From Octopus vulgaris (taxonomy: Eukaryota), in assembly GCA_951406725.2 (NCBI GenBank), contig OX597821.1, forward strand, positions 53,196,001 to 53,260,000: a stretch of 64,000 bases of DNA. Direction: 5' to 3'. The notes beneath the pieces were generated by a model. That model was given only the letters and a program-made list of their open reading frames with translations, did not search any database and was not told the DNA's origin. Positions 38,543-52,937 of the stretch are shown piece after piece (within the stretch, counting starts at the first letter, position 1; each line of letters opens with the position of its first letter). Position numbers and translations under genes: made by a program.

Positions 38543-38860
38543 TATGCAGACTTTAGGTTAGTTAAAATATGTTTAAAGGTAAATTCACTTCCCTTAGCGT
38601 GGGGAAAAGTTCTCACTTATGTAGAAAGTAGTACAAACACAATATCTAACAATTGCTGTCTCATGTCGTATTCACAGGCGCAGCGTTTTTGTGCGTGTTC
38701 CACCTGGGCAACACTGGGCAACACTGGGTAGATATGATGTTTCTTACACCATTGTTTTTACCAGAAGATAAATTTTTTTCTCACGGTAACTGCAGTGACC
38801 TTTCTGCTAGAAGTTGAAATATGCCACAAGCATATTTTAACTAACCTAAAGTTCGCTTAT
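38543..38860. mobile_element. MITE-like element with terminal inverted repeats
   Basis: Perfect 22-bp inverted repeat actttaggttagttaaaatatg (38550-38571) / catattttaactaacctaaagt (38831-38852), extending imperfectly. Non-coding interior. Confidence 0.75.
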
Positions 38861-40424
38861 GCCTAAACACTGCTTGGCTCTGATACTACTGAATACATAT
38901 ATATATAATTTCATGAACGGGTATTGATTTTTTCGTAAATCAATTACTAAATCTTAGAAGTTACACCTTAATAATAATTTTTCTGTTGACGTCAATCACA
39001 TTATAGATCGACAATTTGGTGGTATTGATTAAAACTCATTCCTTTACTTTACTGCTATTTCCGACATAAGTAATATAGCAAAGTATCTTAAGAATAATAC
39101 TTTATATCGTATTATTTACAGTGAACTTATCACACGATGCATTTGCTAGCGGAATATGCCAGCAGATAATGCTATTTGCTTCTTGTTTGTGTGCCGGATG
39201 CACTGGACATATTTTTCCCTCTCTCATGTAAATGATTAGCTGTGTTAAAATGATATCGTATTTAGAATGGATTCAGAAGTTTTCTGATACAATAGCAAAA
39301 TAGAGACAAACTCCCTGCCTGACTTAACTCGCAACACGTGGAGTGGGGCAATGATAAATTCTTGAATACTTCTGTAACACATGATACAAATTTACACATA
39401 AATGCATAGCAACATACTCAAATGTAGTTAGGCATATACACCTCCAATACATATATATTTCTCTCCATATATATATATACATATATATATATATACGTAC
39501 ATATATATGTATATACATGTGTGTGTATGACATATATATATATACATATATGTAGATATTGTGTGTGCGCGCGTGTGTACACACTACTCTATTGATACTC
39601 TATTAATATTCTCGTAATATTAAATGTAAATCATATGTAAAAACATGGGTTCTCTTTCCTCTCTCCATTTTTCACACTTCGATAAGAATTCATCGGAAAA
39701 AAAACAAGGAGAAAAATCTTTCCATTTTCCACTTTCTCTCTCTCTCTCTACACTCTCCTTCGCCTTGCTCCCTCTCATTGCCATTATAAGGCAGCCTCTA
39801 GTGAACAGAACACGTATACGAGACTCTGGATAATTTCCAACCGCTATTCCGTTGAAAATGATAGTGAAGCATCATTTCGAGGTGAAACTGATAGGATACA
39901 GGTGTAAAAATGTCCCAAAAGATAAAGGAAAAGATAACACAGCCAGAAATTCATAATTTGCACCCGTAGAGCACACACTAAGACCTGTAGCGAAAACAAG
40001 TAAATGTGACTAAATAGAAGGCAAATAAACACAAGGCAAATAAACAGAAAAAATAGGGGAAAGAAAGCAAATAGTAATAACATGCAAGTTATTTTTAAGG
40101 ACCATGTAAGAGATTGTTTTCGCTTTCTGCCTCCCTCATTCCCCCTTTCTCCACCATAATACAAAAAATCATCTTTACTTTTAATTTCAACTCTTAAATA
40201 ACTTTAGATGGATTAGCTTTAAAAAGCTTGAGTTAAAAGCTTGGTGATCCTTAACGAAAGCGAAATGGAACCATAGACGACTAATCGATTAATAACAAAT
40301 AAAGCTTATGAGAAAACAGGTATGCTCTTTCCTCCCTCCATCTTTCACCCCCTGATGAGATTTTCTCGACAGAAAACAAAAACAAAATGAACTCAGAAAT
40401 AATTCTCTCCTCTTCAGCACATAG

Positions 40425-40712
40425 TTTGATCAATAAGCATCCGGACTGTTCCTATAGTAATGAAGCAAAAGCAGGCAGAGTAAAGCCGCTTGGCATAATT
40501 TTACCTTGAATTCTACTGTGCATGCGCACCAAGTTTTAATGTTTTCGCTCAATTCTGCGATTTACAACAGTGCTTGGAATGAAGATGTGTAGCATGTGAT
40601 TGTCACAGTGATCACGATAGAGTAAGCTGAGTAGAGAATCTACATCAAATTTTGCCAAAAGCTTCGTGAAACCTGCTCAGAAGTCTACGCAAATTTTTCA
40701 AGAAGTTTTCAT
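40425..40712 (+). mobile_element. Mariner 5'-end fragment
   Basis: TIR-like atcaataagcatccggactg, then E*RIYIKFCQKLRETCSEVY, matching the mariner N-terminal EQR..IKFC.KLG motif. Confidence 0.65.
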
Positions 40713-40859
40713 CGTTCTCAATTCAATCAAGGAAATCTTGTGCTACTGCATCCCGAGTGTCATATTGGTGAGCTGGTACAGAGAAAAGAGCTATTAATAA
40801 AACTAAAATTAAAATTAAAATTAGCAGTCATAAATTACTTTCCTTTTTTCCTGCAAGAC

Positions 40860-41213
40860 CACGTGGTAATATCCGTTAGTTCTGGTGGCATGACAAGTTG
40901 AACTGATTGTGAACGCAAATCATTACTATCTGTTTTTGTAAATTAAATAGTGTGGTCAAGACTTGTTTTCTTAGGAGTGGCTGTAGCAGTCGAATAACTA
41001 CCAGCAGTAATAATAATAGTCGTGGTGGTGAAGTTGTTCCTCCGAGGGTTTTAATAGAAATCGAGTTCTTCGACCCCTTGTCTTTATTTACGAATAACTT
41101 GCATATCCATATATCCATATATATATATATATATATATACATACACACACATATATACACTCACCCATATACACATATACATATATATACATACATACAG
41201 ATACATACACACA

Positions 41214-41265
<52 letters not shown>

Positions 41266-42120
41266 CACTTACATACATATCCATAACATACATATACATA
41301 TATATACACACACATATGAATAAATATATATATATATATATACACACACATGCATACATACATACATATGTATTCACATACATATATATATATATAAAAT
41401 CTCAGTGTTGCTAGTTTAGGGAATTTAGACTCTGTCGATATTTTCTTATGAAATATGTTACCTTGCTAATGCCTTTATTTTGGCTAGCATTGCCTGTAAA
41501 TGTGTATAGTGGAAATGTGAATTTGGCAAAATTTTGGGATGCACATTCATCGATGTTTTGGCTGATAGGTATTTTCCTGTATTCGGGAATCCTAATTTGA
41601 GACTTGTGGCCCGCCATCCTCGGACGTAGGCTGCTTTTTGAGTGTCCAATATATTGCCGTTTACATCCCGAGCATGTAATTAAGCAAATCAAGTTCTCCG
41701 ATGCACATGTAAAATTAGTTTTTATGGTGAAATTATGGCCTTGTTCTATTCGGCGTTCTGATCCTTCTGTTATGTTGATACAGATCTCACAGTTGGGTCT
41801 CCCGTATTTCTTTTTACTGTTGGCTTAGTTGTTATTGTTGAGTGTAATTGGGCCTGCGTTAAAATCTTTTTCATTCATTTTGGTTGTCTCATTTTCGATT
41901 ATTGTGTGTGTTTTGAGGATTTGTCTCATCTTTGGGTCTGTCTTGTGGTGTGGAGTATAGTGTTGAAGGCCTCATTGTTATGTGAGTTCTGTGTGGAAAT
42001 GTAAGAATGTAAGGCAGGGTTTTCAATTTTTTCTTCCTTCTTTGGTCTTGATTGTCTAAGATCTTGTGTATTTAATTTAAGTATCCGTTGAATCATATTA
42101 TCGATTAAGGGCTGTGGTTA
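40860..42120 (-). mobile_element. Second, shorter copy of the same Penelope-like family (thumb-linker-GIY-YIG)
   Basis: Minus strand PQPLID, QGHNFTIKTNFTCASEN, LITCSGCKRQYIGHSKSSLRPRMAGHKSQIRIPEYRKIP aligns to 16785-17500. Coding remnant 41411-42120. The 3' boundary is approximate. Confidence 0.88.
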
Positions 42121-42151
42121 ATATATATATATATATCAAACTTGAGCAGCA

Positions 42152-42372
42152 TTTTATTCTTTTCATATCTGGCACAAGGCCAGGAATTTTGACGGATGGG
42201 GAAGTCGCGTACATCGACGCCCAGTGCTAGACTGGGATTTATTTTATCGACTTCATAAGGATGAAAGGCAAATTCAACCTCGGTAGTATTTGAGTTCAAA
42301 ACACACAGAGGGACGAAATGCCACTAAGCAGTTTTATTCGGTGTACTAACGATTATCCCAGTTTGCTGCCTT
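42152..42372 (-). mobile_element. Degenerate monomeric SINE family B
   Basis: aggatgaaaggcaaattcaacctcgg and ggcacaaggccaggaatttt match family B. Other remnants at 33898-33960 (plus), 60340-60640 and 62110-62230 (minus). Confidence 0.75.
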
Positions 42373-43241
42373 ATGAGTTGTTTATTTTAGCCACAAACTA
42401 TTAAAAAAATATTAAGGCCACGAAAGTTTTAAACAAATATTGTTAATTACAATGTAGGAACTTTTTAAAGTAAATGACAAAATGAATACCGTTTATAGCA
42501 ACATCACATGACACAGAACTGAAATAAGTTCCGGCAATATATACACGATTACACTAATAAGTATGCGATTAAATTGGTTTGTCTGTGCAACTCATAACTC
42601 ATAGCTGCTAATGTGCTATTTAAATCTACAATCTATTTGTAAATAGTTTTCTATCCATAACAAATTAATTGACTTTTAACCTTCTAATATATCTGACGTT
42701 TGATCTCGCACATAGCACACATAAAATCAATTAAATATTATAAATTTTGATTTCATTAAAAATTATTCAAAGACAGTGCAAACTAGAAATAAAGTGTAGA
42801 AATGATTATATATATCTCAGAATTATAAGCAGCTAGGATGAAGGGAACTATTTTTCTAGAAGGAATCAAAATTGGGTTCCCTAGTGGTTTTATCAAAATT
42901 TTGCCTCTTTTTTTATTGCTTCAGGACTTGGATAACTGATTAAAATATTATAAAGCACAAACCCAATATTTAGGAAGAAATTTATACAACTCCTCAAATA
43001 TTCTAAAGCATTACAAGTAGAAGGACATTGTGAATAACTCACGAAAGTTTTGAAACAAGATTGAAATTACGTGCAATTGGAGCTTCAGCTGTCAGATATT
43101 AAATACAGAAAGGTATGTGATTATTAATGATGACTCAATCTTATAAGAATAACAAATGTCATTAAAATCCCTTAACAATTTCATCAGAACATATTTAATT
43201 CATATTCGTACAAAGACACAAAGGCATACGTAAATATGTGA

Positions 43242-43291
<50 letters not shown>

Positions 43292-43293
43292 GT

Positions 43294-43337
<44 letters not shown>

Positions 43338-43432
43338 GCATATATATATGTATATATGTATATATCTATATGTATATATGCATATATATATATGTATATA
43401 TGTATATATCTATATGTATATATGTATATATC

Positions 43433-43494
<62 letters not shown>

Positions 43495-43616
43495 AATATA
43501 GGATAACGTTTTCAAAACAATTACCAGTGGCCAGCATATTAAAAAAATACATTTTAAGGTGAAAATTATAAACACCTTATTTATATGTATATATAAATCT
43601 TTTGGATTTTTTCCCA

Positions 43617-44312
43617 TTTAACCCTCAATGCTTGATATTGTGCAGCGACTAACAAATTTCTGTCTCCCTCTTCGGCTTTCCCTTCTGCAGTCATAACCAT
43701 GTCACATTACTGCTATTTGCCGAAACTATGTTTAGGAATCTACCATGCAACGCCTTCTCCTGTCAGTTATGTAATTTATGCGCTTTTTCTGGTTATTAAT
43801 TTAGTTTAGTGTTTTGGTTTCCCTATGTCTTGCCGTGTCTCTAGCAGCTTTCAATAACCTTTCTTCACATTACCTAGATAGGAGTCTATACCTACTGTAG
43901 CTAACTCCACGCAGTCTTCTACTGATATTAACCCTCTTCCACCTTCCATTCTAGGTCGGTACAAACTTGCTACTCTTGCCGTTGGGTGGAGCCTTCCATT
44001 CATATTGAATTTCTTCCTAATTGTTCTGTCTAGCTTTGCTAATTCAGTTTTTATCCAATCTACAAAGGCTGTTGAGTATCTAAGTATTTACAGCTTTCAC
44101 TAGATTCGAACCGTTTTGCTTTGACTTCATTAGCTTCCTGACCTTTCTCAATTTTCATTTTTGTAGTCAGTACTATGTCAGATTCTAATACTCCTAGATA
44201 CTTATAACTCTCTCCTCCTTTCAATGATTTTAACGTCTGACCATATAGTAATTAGATGCCTTCGATGTTGACGACCTGTCCTCTTCTCATGATTAATATT
44301 GCATATTTCTTG
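43617..44312 (-). mobile_element. R4/Dong-clade LINE RT-thumb fragment
   Basis: Minus strand: ESYKYLGVLESD, NGSNLVKAVNT, ELAKLDRTIRK, LHPTARVASLYRPRMEGGRGLISVEDCV, KALHGRF, LLVAAQYQALR. Flanked by TTG/TCA/TTA repeats. Confidence 0.88.
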
Positions 44313-44551
44313 TTGTTGTTGTTGTTCATATCGTCATCATCATCATCATTATTATTATTGTTATTATTATTATTAGTTATAGTAGAAGTAGCAGCAGCAA
44401 CAGCAGCAGTAATTGCATTTTCTTAATTCAGGAAAGTATTTAGTATATGTTTCATAGTCACGTGTTTATTTTAAAGAAGTTGACTCCAGGTTGATATCAA
44501 TTGTATAGCACGTCTAACATGTCCTTGAACAAGTTTCCGAGACTCAATTTG

Positions 44552-44626
44552 ATTTACATTGATAGTTGACTCATCATTTACATTGATAGTTGACTCATCA
44601 TTGATATCATTGATAGTTGACTCATC
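44552..44626. repeat. 24-bp tandem repeat (2 full copies + 1 partial)
   Basis: atttacattgatagttgactcatc twice, then attgatatc and attgatagttgactcatc. Confidence 0.92.
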
Positions 44627-46525
44627 TAGTATTAAATTTGAAGCTCTTTTTCTCTCTCCTGTTCATGGCTAGATCACGTGACAGATTACATCGCTAAATA
44701 TATGATTTATTGTAAACGAAGAAGCAACATTTATTTGACTTGTTTCTTGAAAATGAAATGTTAAAATAAATACCATGATGGAAGTAAATGTAGACAACAA
44801 GTTCGTCAACTCCGACCAACAAAACCTATAACCAATTTTCACATCACTCTATCCGATATCATTCCGTAATTAGTAAGGGAGCATGAAATGATATAATGTT
44901 ATTTAATTTCCTCAGTTAATATAGGAAAACTTAAGGAATACTTTGTTGCTATTTTGAAGTTTTCGTATAAGATGATTACTGTTTGTTCTACATGACAAGT
45001 AATGTTCAATGAAATCTTCAGGCTCTTTGGTTATATTCTTAATACAAAAGCTGATCTATAACAGTTCTTGCAGTTCTCTTTAAGATGAGATCACTAAAGG
45101 TAACTGATATTTAAGATGAACTAGTTATTATCAAGTATTTTGTTTTTCACCTGCTTGTTCAGATAAATATTTACTAAAGAAACACGACTTAACACTGTTT
45201 GTATGGTAACGCTCACAATCTTAGTTTTTTATAAAAAAAACCCAACAAAACCAACATAGTGTCACAGTTTCATTTGATTTGAGAGTTTAAATATTTAGAT
45301 AACAACCATATCAATTATATGAAAAAGAATGTTTGTATATTTTAGAACTGATCCTCCATTCAGTATTCTAGACATTGAATTTTCTTGCAAATTTATTTAA
45401 AGGAAGCATTCAGTACAGGAAAGTTGCCAATGGTTGTCTTTGATCTAATTTAACTTTCCCGTCACTGGTAATGCTTCCACTCCACGTAAGAGTACTATAT
45501 CAATAGAGTAGGCAGTGAAAAGGCTACAGCATACACAGACCAGCAAGTTATACTGCATACGATTCATCATTAAATGTCAAAGTGGGCAGTATGGTTCTCA
45601 ACTGAACAAAGGTATCTTATAAATGGAATGAAAGATATGTCAGTCATACCAAGCCATACGGTTGACACCTTACGTGCTGCAACCCACTTCATCATCGTTC
45701 ATCTCGGCCAACAAAGCAACAGTAACAACAGCAACGACGATAACAAAACCGGTCCAACATTTCATTTGTTCAGAGTCTGTAATTTGTAAGTGAATAAATG
45801 AAAGTTTACTGATTTTTCATATTCTTCAACTCGATATTGATTAGAACATCAAATAGAAACGTAATACATGGTATGATGAGAATAACTAAAGGTCAATTAT
45901 ATTTTTCTGCAACCTACTGCTTCTATTCTTTTGAAATTTAGCAAACGTATTCTGCAACATTCTCACAAAACGGAAATATCATTTCAGTAAGAAATATATG
46001 AGAGAAACTAGGACAAAGACTAACATTGCGAATCGCTGAAGGCAAATAGAAATTAATTCTTTTTTTTTTTCGTTTTTTGATTACACTTTAGTTGGGGAGA
46101 AATCGAAGTTTCTATGTTGGTAATATATTAGTCACAGATGAATGGAGACAGCAAAACAGTTCTTAACTAATTAATTCCCCACTCTCACCTCGTTCCTTTT
46201 CTTTATCATTCTCAATGCCTAATACGTTGAATCTAGTATTCAGGATAGCTAAGTTAACATAATATTTCTAGTTGAATGTTATATCTAACTATTGGCAATC
46301 ATCACTAAATCATTGGATGAAAGTTTCTTGGAAGTAATGAACGTTTCGGTTTTTACTATAGAAAAGTGTCTATTGCAGAAATGTACTAGTCTTTTTTGAA
46401 CCAAAATATATTAATAAGCCATGAAGTTCCTGCAACTATGATTGTTATTGGATAAGAGTGTATCGTTGTAATCGATATTTGATCTCAGCAAATCAATATT
46501 ACCAATTTATAGTAATATAAAATCT

Positions 46526-47783
46526 AAATAAGTTATTTCACATGAAATATCGCATCTTTAATTACTTGTTATTTTAGTAATTTAAAAACTCAATTATGTA
46601 TACCTTGCATCTAATTTTGACTCTTTTTCTTTCCCAACAATATTGGTATACAAAATTCGCATCCACAGATCTTATAAAAATGATAACAACCAAACTATGT
46701 TGTGTGATTTTCTCCTATGAGCACAAACTGGACCACTCTGATGTAGAAGCTCTACGGAAAATCAAGCGGGCCTTTGGTAATGGTTTTTTTGACATCAGAT
46801 CTGTTCAGAAATGGTTCCAAAGCTCCCGTTCAGGAAATTATAGCCTTGAGAATAAACCAAGGAGTAGGCCAAAATCAATTATTCGGCATGATTGATTAAA
46901 TGCTTTGGTTGAACAAAATCCGAGAACAAAGGTTGGAAAACTTTCATCAAAACTCCAAACATCTCGCACAACTGTTTTTGGACACCTGTAAAACATTGGA
47001 AAAGTCAAGAAATCAAATAGGTTTGTTCCGCATCAACCGAGCGAGATTGAAAAATAACCAGACGCCTCGAAGTGTGCTCCTTATTGTTTTCTCGACTGGA
47101 AAACAAAAACATTTTTGCACCGAATTAATACTTGTAATGAGAAATGGATATTCTTTGACAACAGCAAGAGAACAGGACAGTGATTAGATGCAGGAGAGTC
47201 ATCTAAACACTACCCAAAACCATCATTGCACTCTAAAAAGTTAGTGGCCACTATATGGTGGTCTGTGAATAGAGTTATTCATTATTCATATTTGCAACAA
47301 GGAAAAACTGTAACAGCAACATCGTATTGCCAGGAAATTGATTGTATGCATGAGGATTTGGAAAAGAAGCAACCTAGACTAGTGAATAGATTTGGCCCAA
47401 TTTTCCTTCACGATAAAGCACGTCCTCACACTCCTCAAGCTACGGTCCAAAAGTTGCAAACCCTAAATTATGAGATTTTGCAACTTCTTTCCTATTCCCA
47501 TGATAACTTTCCTACTGATCATCACTTATTTAAGCATTTTGAGCTTTACATAGGCAATAAAACATTCTTAAATAGAGAAGAGGTAATTGAAGCATTCGGA
47601 CAGTTGATCAAAGCAAAAGATGATTTTTAAAAAAAAAAGACTGAATATATGACATAGAGAAACGTTAGGTAAACGTCATGAATGAACATGGATGATACTT
47701 TGATTTAATAAATCAGTTCTGTAACACTTCTGAAACATTTTATTCTTACCTTTCAAATACATTTCATGTAAAACAACCTAATA
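46526..47783 (+). mobile_element. Near full-length mariner element (Hsmar1/cecropia-like), pseudogenised
   Basis: About 1.26 kb with degenerate TIRs aataagttatttcacatgaaat / atttcatgtaaaacaacctaata. Motifs SVQKWFQ..RSGNYSLENKPRS, FVPH, TCNEKWIFFDN, IWWS..VIHY, LHDKARPH, PTDHHLFKHF. Confidence 0.92.
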
Positions 47784-48826
47784 TCATATGATTTCCTTAC
47801 TTCTTGAATTAACCTATTTATAATAATACTGTCATGTTTTAAGCATTAATTCATGCATATTTTTTTATAATGTTCTGAAACAATTGATTATTAGAAACAA
47901 TGGATGGACAGAGAAATTGGAAGGAAAATAAATGTATTGCAACACAAAATTAGAGAAGAAGAAAATAACGACTATCTCTAGATTCAGAGACTATTTTCAA
48001 TATGAATCTTCTTTTTATAAAATACATCATTTATGAATAATATCAGAAGTTACTAGAGTAAGATATTTAACTATAAATGTATTTTATATTCAATACAATT
48101 TCTAATATCTAGATTTTATCACAACAATATTTACAGATCTTCCGTGTATCCTGATATCTTTTACGTTTAACTTGCATGGTTCAGATAACAATTACTTTTT
48201 AAGAATTTTCTTATTTAATCAGGAAAACTATATCGTTTTACATTCAACACACGTACGTCAGCATCAAGTATTGTTGTCGGTTTTCAAGTAATCTAATGTT
48301 ATAGCATCTGATTAGGCGCCAGAAATAACAAAATTACCTCAGATACTTTAGAAAATAAACTATAGATAGTAATACATATGGTGCTGATCATTACTTTTAA
48401 AAGTAGGACATGTGTAACTGTTCAGTATATGAAAATAAACCATCCAGAGCTATGTGGGGTGGGTATAATATCAAAAGCTGCGCAATATCTTCAGTCGAAA
48501 AGCATGTGGAATCTGTACAATATCATGAGTATGCAGTACACCTGGAGATCTAGATTATTTCCAACTGAAGAATGCCATCTGAATGTACAATAACACGTGC
48601 TAGAATATTCAAAGCATTAAGGTATTGCAACGCATTATTTAGAGTAGAAGATAGAGGGTATCTGCAACTGTATAATATCTGGAGTTGTATAACTGCAGGC
48701 ATGATAAGTAACATCAAATACAGCAGTTGTGCTGGTACAGTATTTTGAGCTATAATATCTGGGGAAAAATCATTTGATGTTGTAATATCTGCAATATATG
48801 GAGCACTACCATATTTGAAAGGATAA

Positions 48827-49035
48827 ACGCGGTAAGCTGGCAGAAACGTTAGCAAACCGGGCGAAATGCTTAGCGGTATTTCGTCTGTCTTTACGTTCTG
48901 AATTCGAATTCCGCCGAGGTCGACTTTGCCTTTCATCCTCTCGGGGTCAATAAAGTACCAATTGCATACTGGGATCGATCTAATCGACTAGCCCTTTCCC
49001 CAAAATTTCGAGCCTTGTACCAAGAGTAGAAAAGA
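48827..49035 (+). mobile_element. Monomeric SINE family B with a 16-bp TSD
   Basis: TSD atatttgaaaggataa at 48811-48826 and 49036-49051. The tail is the same type as unit 2 of the 13.5-kb dimer. Confidence 0.92.
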
Positions 49036-49184
49036 ATATTTGAAAGGATAATGTAAGGAGCTACATATATTGGAAATGGTACAGTGACAGAAAAAGTAAA
49101 ATATCTGGAACTGAAATACTTGAGTTTCTTCAGTACCTGGAAGTGAAGAACTACGGTCAGCTGAAAAGTTCACTGGCTGACAAC

Positions 49185-50340
49185 GATACTCTCATGGTTG
49201 ATCAAAAAGTAGTCAACAACAGATATAACGTCATCATTACTTCGATACTAGTTCCCTGGTAAGTGGGGTTTTTTTTCATGTTGGGGAACAGATGATAGTC
49301 AGATGAACTAAATCGGGAAAATAGGGAAAGTGATGAACCGCTTCAAAGTCACAGTCACGCACAGCAGCAATTAAAACCCAAACTTATCTTCTGGAGCTTG
49401 TCCTGATAAAATAAGACCTCTCTCGTCAGTTTTTCTGGCGTTTGGTGTTGATAGTCTTTCGTAACTGTCTCGGCAAGTTGGTGCAGTACTCACCATTAAT
49501 TGTGTTGCCCTATTGAAGATTGTTAGTAAACACAATGCCTTTTACATCCCCCAAACCCTGCAGATGAAACGACTGTGGAGTTCTAGGCATATTACCGACG
49601 ATTTGAACAAATTTTCGAAAAAGAATACTAAGACGGGGACGGATGAAATGAAAACATGTCTAATTCTGAGGAAACTGGCGATGACAGAGCACAAACAATA
49701 CTCTAACTTTATATTGCCTAAAAATGTTTCTAACATAAATTTCACGGACACAGTTGACATTTTATGTAGGATGTTTAGTGAAAGAACATCGTTGTTCAAC
49801 ACGTTGCAAGAGTTTGAACACTGATAAAGGCAATGACGAAGACTTTACTACTTATGAGTAGTGAACAGAGAGTGCGAGAGATTTAAACTGGATAAACTAA
49901 CTCCAGACTCGTTCAAGTACCTGAATTTTTTTCAGGGATTTACTGCTAAAGAGGACGCAGAAGTCACAACGAAAATTCTCGCTAAGCTGGAAATGCTCCA
50001 GCTTAAAACTCTCCAGTCAATCGCCAGTCATCCATCACAATCAGAAGAATACGATCAATGTCTTCCACCGTGGTAACAGTCTCAGAATTTGAGTCCTGTT
50101 CAAGATTCTCCCTTCCCCTCCTAAATTCAGCAGTCAACTTTTGTGCTGTTGAGCGTCATCCCCTAAAGTATCAACGATGTCAGCATGAATGTCCTTGGGA
50201 GCTAACCGTTTCCTTCAGGTGCTTCATGACACCACAATATCAAATTTTGTCCATTGTAAGAGAGGTCACTATTAGTTACTTTCGAAGTCTTCTTTGAACA
50301 ATCTGATGTCAATTTACGTTGTTAGAAAAAATACATTTCT
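49185..50340 (-). mobile_element. Mariner remnant split into N-terminal (50010-50340) and C-terminal (49185-49558) parts
   Basis: Minus strand: GLAPKDIHADIV, AEFRRGRENLE, IVMDDWRLT; then GNTINGEY, VLFYQDK, SDYHLFPNMKK, YRSNDDVISVV. Confidence 0.8.
49565..49995 (+). mobile_element. Gypsy-type LTR retrotransposon gag fragment nested in the mariner
   Basis: LILRKLAMTEHKQYSNFILPK..FTDTVDIL..FSERTSLFNT..EDFTTY..VNRECERFKLDKLTPDSFK matches the K02A2.6-like Gypsy gag N-terminal region. Confidence 0.75.
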
Positions 50341-51237
50341 GAGTGAGAAGAGTTGAAATTAATGCTCCAGCATCACTCATTCATAATCAACTCCTCCACT
50401 TGTTTTCGTAGCTGGAATTACTCAATGCTCGGGACTGTAAAGTATTATGTAATAGACAATATCAGAGTGGCTTATTTGGAGGACACATTATTAAAACATT
50501 CTACTATAAAAGTGAGAAATATGTTTTTATCTAACTTGAAAATATTAAAATGATTATTTTCTTCCCGTCAAATGTTATTCAGAGGTAAAATACCAGACGA
50601 ACCCCGTTCATTCAGCATATCCTCTTTTTGCTGTTGTTATCGCATTTACTACCGTTGTTGCTGTTGTTATCGTTAATCGCCAGACCAGCATTAACCGCGG
50701 CAAGTGTATAATCGAAGGCGATAAAGTAAGCCACATCACGTATTTTTGAATATGTAGTATTTCATTGTCCTATGTTACTCTTATGCTTTAAAAGTGTAAT
50801 TTTTAAAGGAACGTTGGCTCATGCCTCCGGCATGTTGAGCAACCAAATTAAAGCTTGTAAAATTGTATCCTTCAATCTGCTTTAATGTAATTGGCAACCA
50901 ATATGGCTATTTATCATCGTAAGAGCATCTATTTCGATGTGGAATTACAAATGGATTATTTAAATACAATGAACGTGCTTATTTATCTGTCATATATAAA
51001 TGGAAGAATTGATGTTTCGTACAGTCATCACAAAGGCATGGTTGAAAATCCTGAGAAGTAACGTATCTCAGTGTTATATCCTTGTATCTGCTGAAATAAT
51101 TGTTAACAATGTAAAAGATCTTCGACTTAATTCCACAAACCACGAGAGAGTGAGTTTTATTTACAACCAAACCACAAACAACCGCTTTCTTTCTAAATTA
51201 TGTTTAATTTCATTTCATGTATACGTATCATGTACAC

Positions 51238-51270
<33 letters not shown>

Positions 51271-51618
51271 TGCACGCTCACACATAAACAAACAGATATA
51301 CATATGATACACAAGTCTTCAAATTTAGAGCTGTAAAAGCTATCTGGACGTGATTCTCTTACGATTAACCCTATAGGCATTCCTGAAAGAAACCATCTCA
51401 GCTTCTAAACACTTGCTGGTCTCACACAGGAGAACAAAAATAACTGCCACAGCAAAAATATTACAGACCAGGATTTACATTAATACGATAGAAAATAGAA
51501 AACATTCTGCAGCGTGACCTTATTAAGAATAGTAACAAGATAAACGCTTAGAGGCACAGACATAAACACAAATACGCACATATAGACACACTAACACCAT
51601 ATATGTGAATATGTACTC

Positions 51619-51690
<72 letters not shown>

Positions 51691-52762
51691 ATTTACATGC
51701 ACACACAGGCACGCGCATGCATTCATACATGCACATCACGTAAACACATGTGCGTATATGTTTGAGTGCGTGTGCATGTGTGTAGGTGTACATGCACAAT
51801 TGGAATGCATGCAAGATCATAATAATTGTTTCATGTTTCCTATCAACGTATATGTGTGACACTTCCCATCGGAGATCAGCAAATATACCATTATTCCCCA
51901 TAGCAAAATAGATTCCTAAATTGCTGCTTTATTTCTGATACGTATCTGTATATAAGTTGACCAAAAATATAACCTTTCAACAACAATTGCTGATTTTATA
52001 TTATATTCTATGAGAATTTAGTATAAATCGATAAGACGACCTGTTCTTTCACAGTGCCATGTGTTTCAAGACGCATTGTCAGATTAGTTCAGATTTTGTA
52101 CAATGTACATTATTTTGCAAGCTTATTTTCGCTGGAAACAAATAGGATTTTATTTGGTGCACCACAATGAGATATTGAACATAATCTGGTTTTAGAGTAA
52201 TCGATACAGAATTATGCAAGATTAAGTTTATTTAACAATACATGAATCTTGTATTTCCCAGTTTGATTGTAAATAAACTGTTGATGCTTTTGCATAACAA
52301 TCTATTTAAACGCCAACCAAGCAGACATCAACTATAGTGTTGTGTTTTATATAAATCATCAAAGTATTTGTAAGAACACTACTTCATATGCATATTAACA
52401 TATCAATATATATTTCCGCCTGTATACTTATATATGTATATATATATATGTGTATATCTATATATATATATGTGTGTGTGTGTGTGCGTATGTGTATATA
52501 TGTATATACATGTATATATATATGTGTATATATATGTATATACGTATAAATGTATATATATATATATTTATATATATATATATGTACGTATATATATATA
52601 TATAATATATATATATATATGTATATCTGTATATACGTATATATATATATATATATGCATATATATATATATAGATATATGTAAGTATATATATATACGT
52701 GTATATATATATATATACATATATATATTATATATGTATATATATGTATATATGTACATACG

Positions 52763-52807
<45 letters not shown>

Positions 52808-52898
52808 CTGAGTGTGTGTATGCAATATGTTATAAATAATATATCTATTTTAAATTTTCTGTGGTGGCCATATACGCATGTTGAAGTGCTTGTGTGTG

Positions 52899-52937
<39 letters not shown>

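Noticed and set aside
40350-40380. ctgatgagattttctcgaca as a hammerhead
   Set aside because: GAAA is GACA and there is no stem III, UH or stem I.
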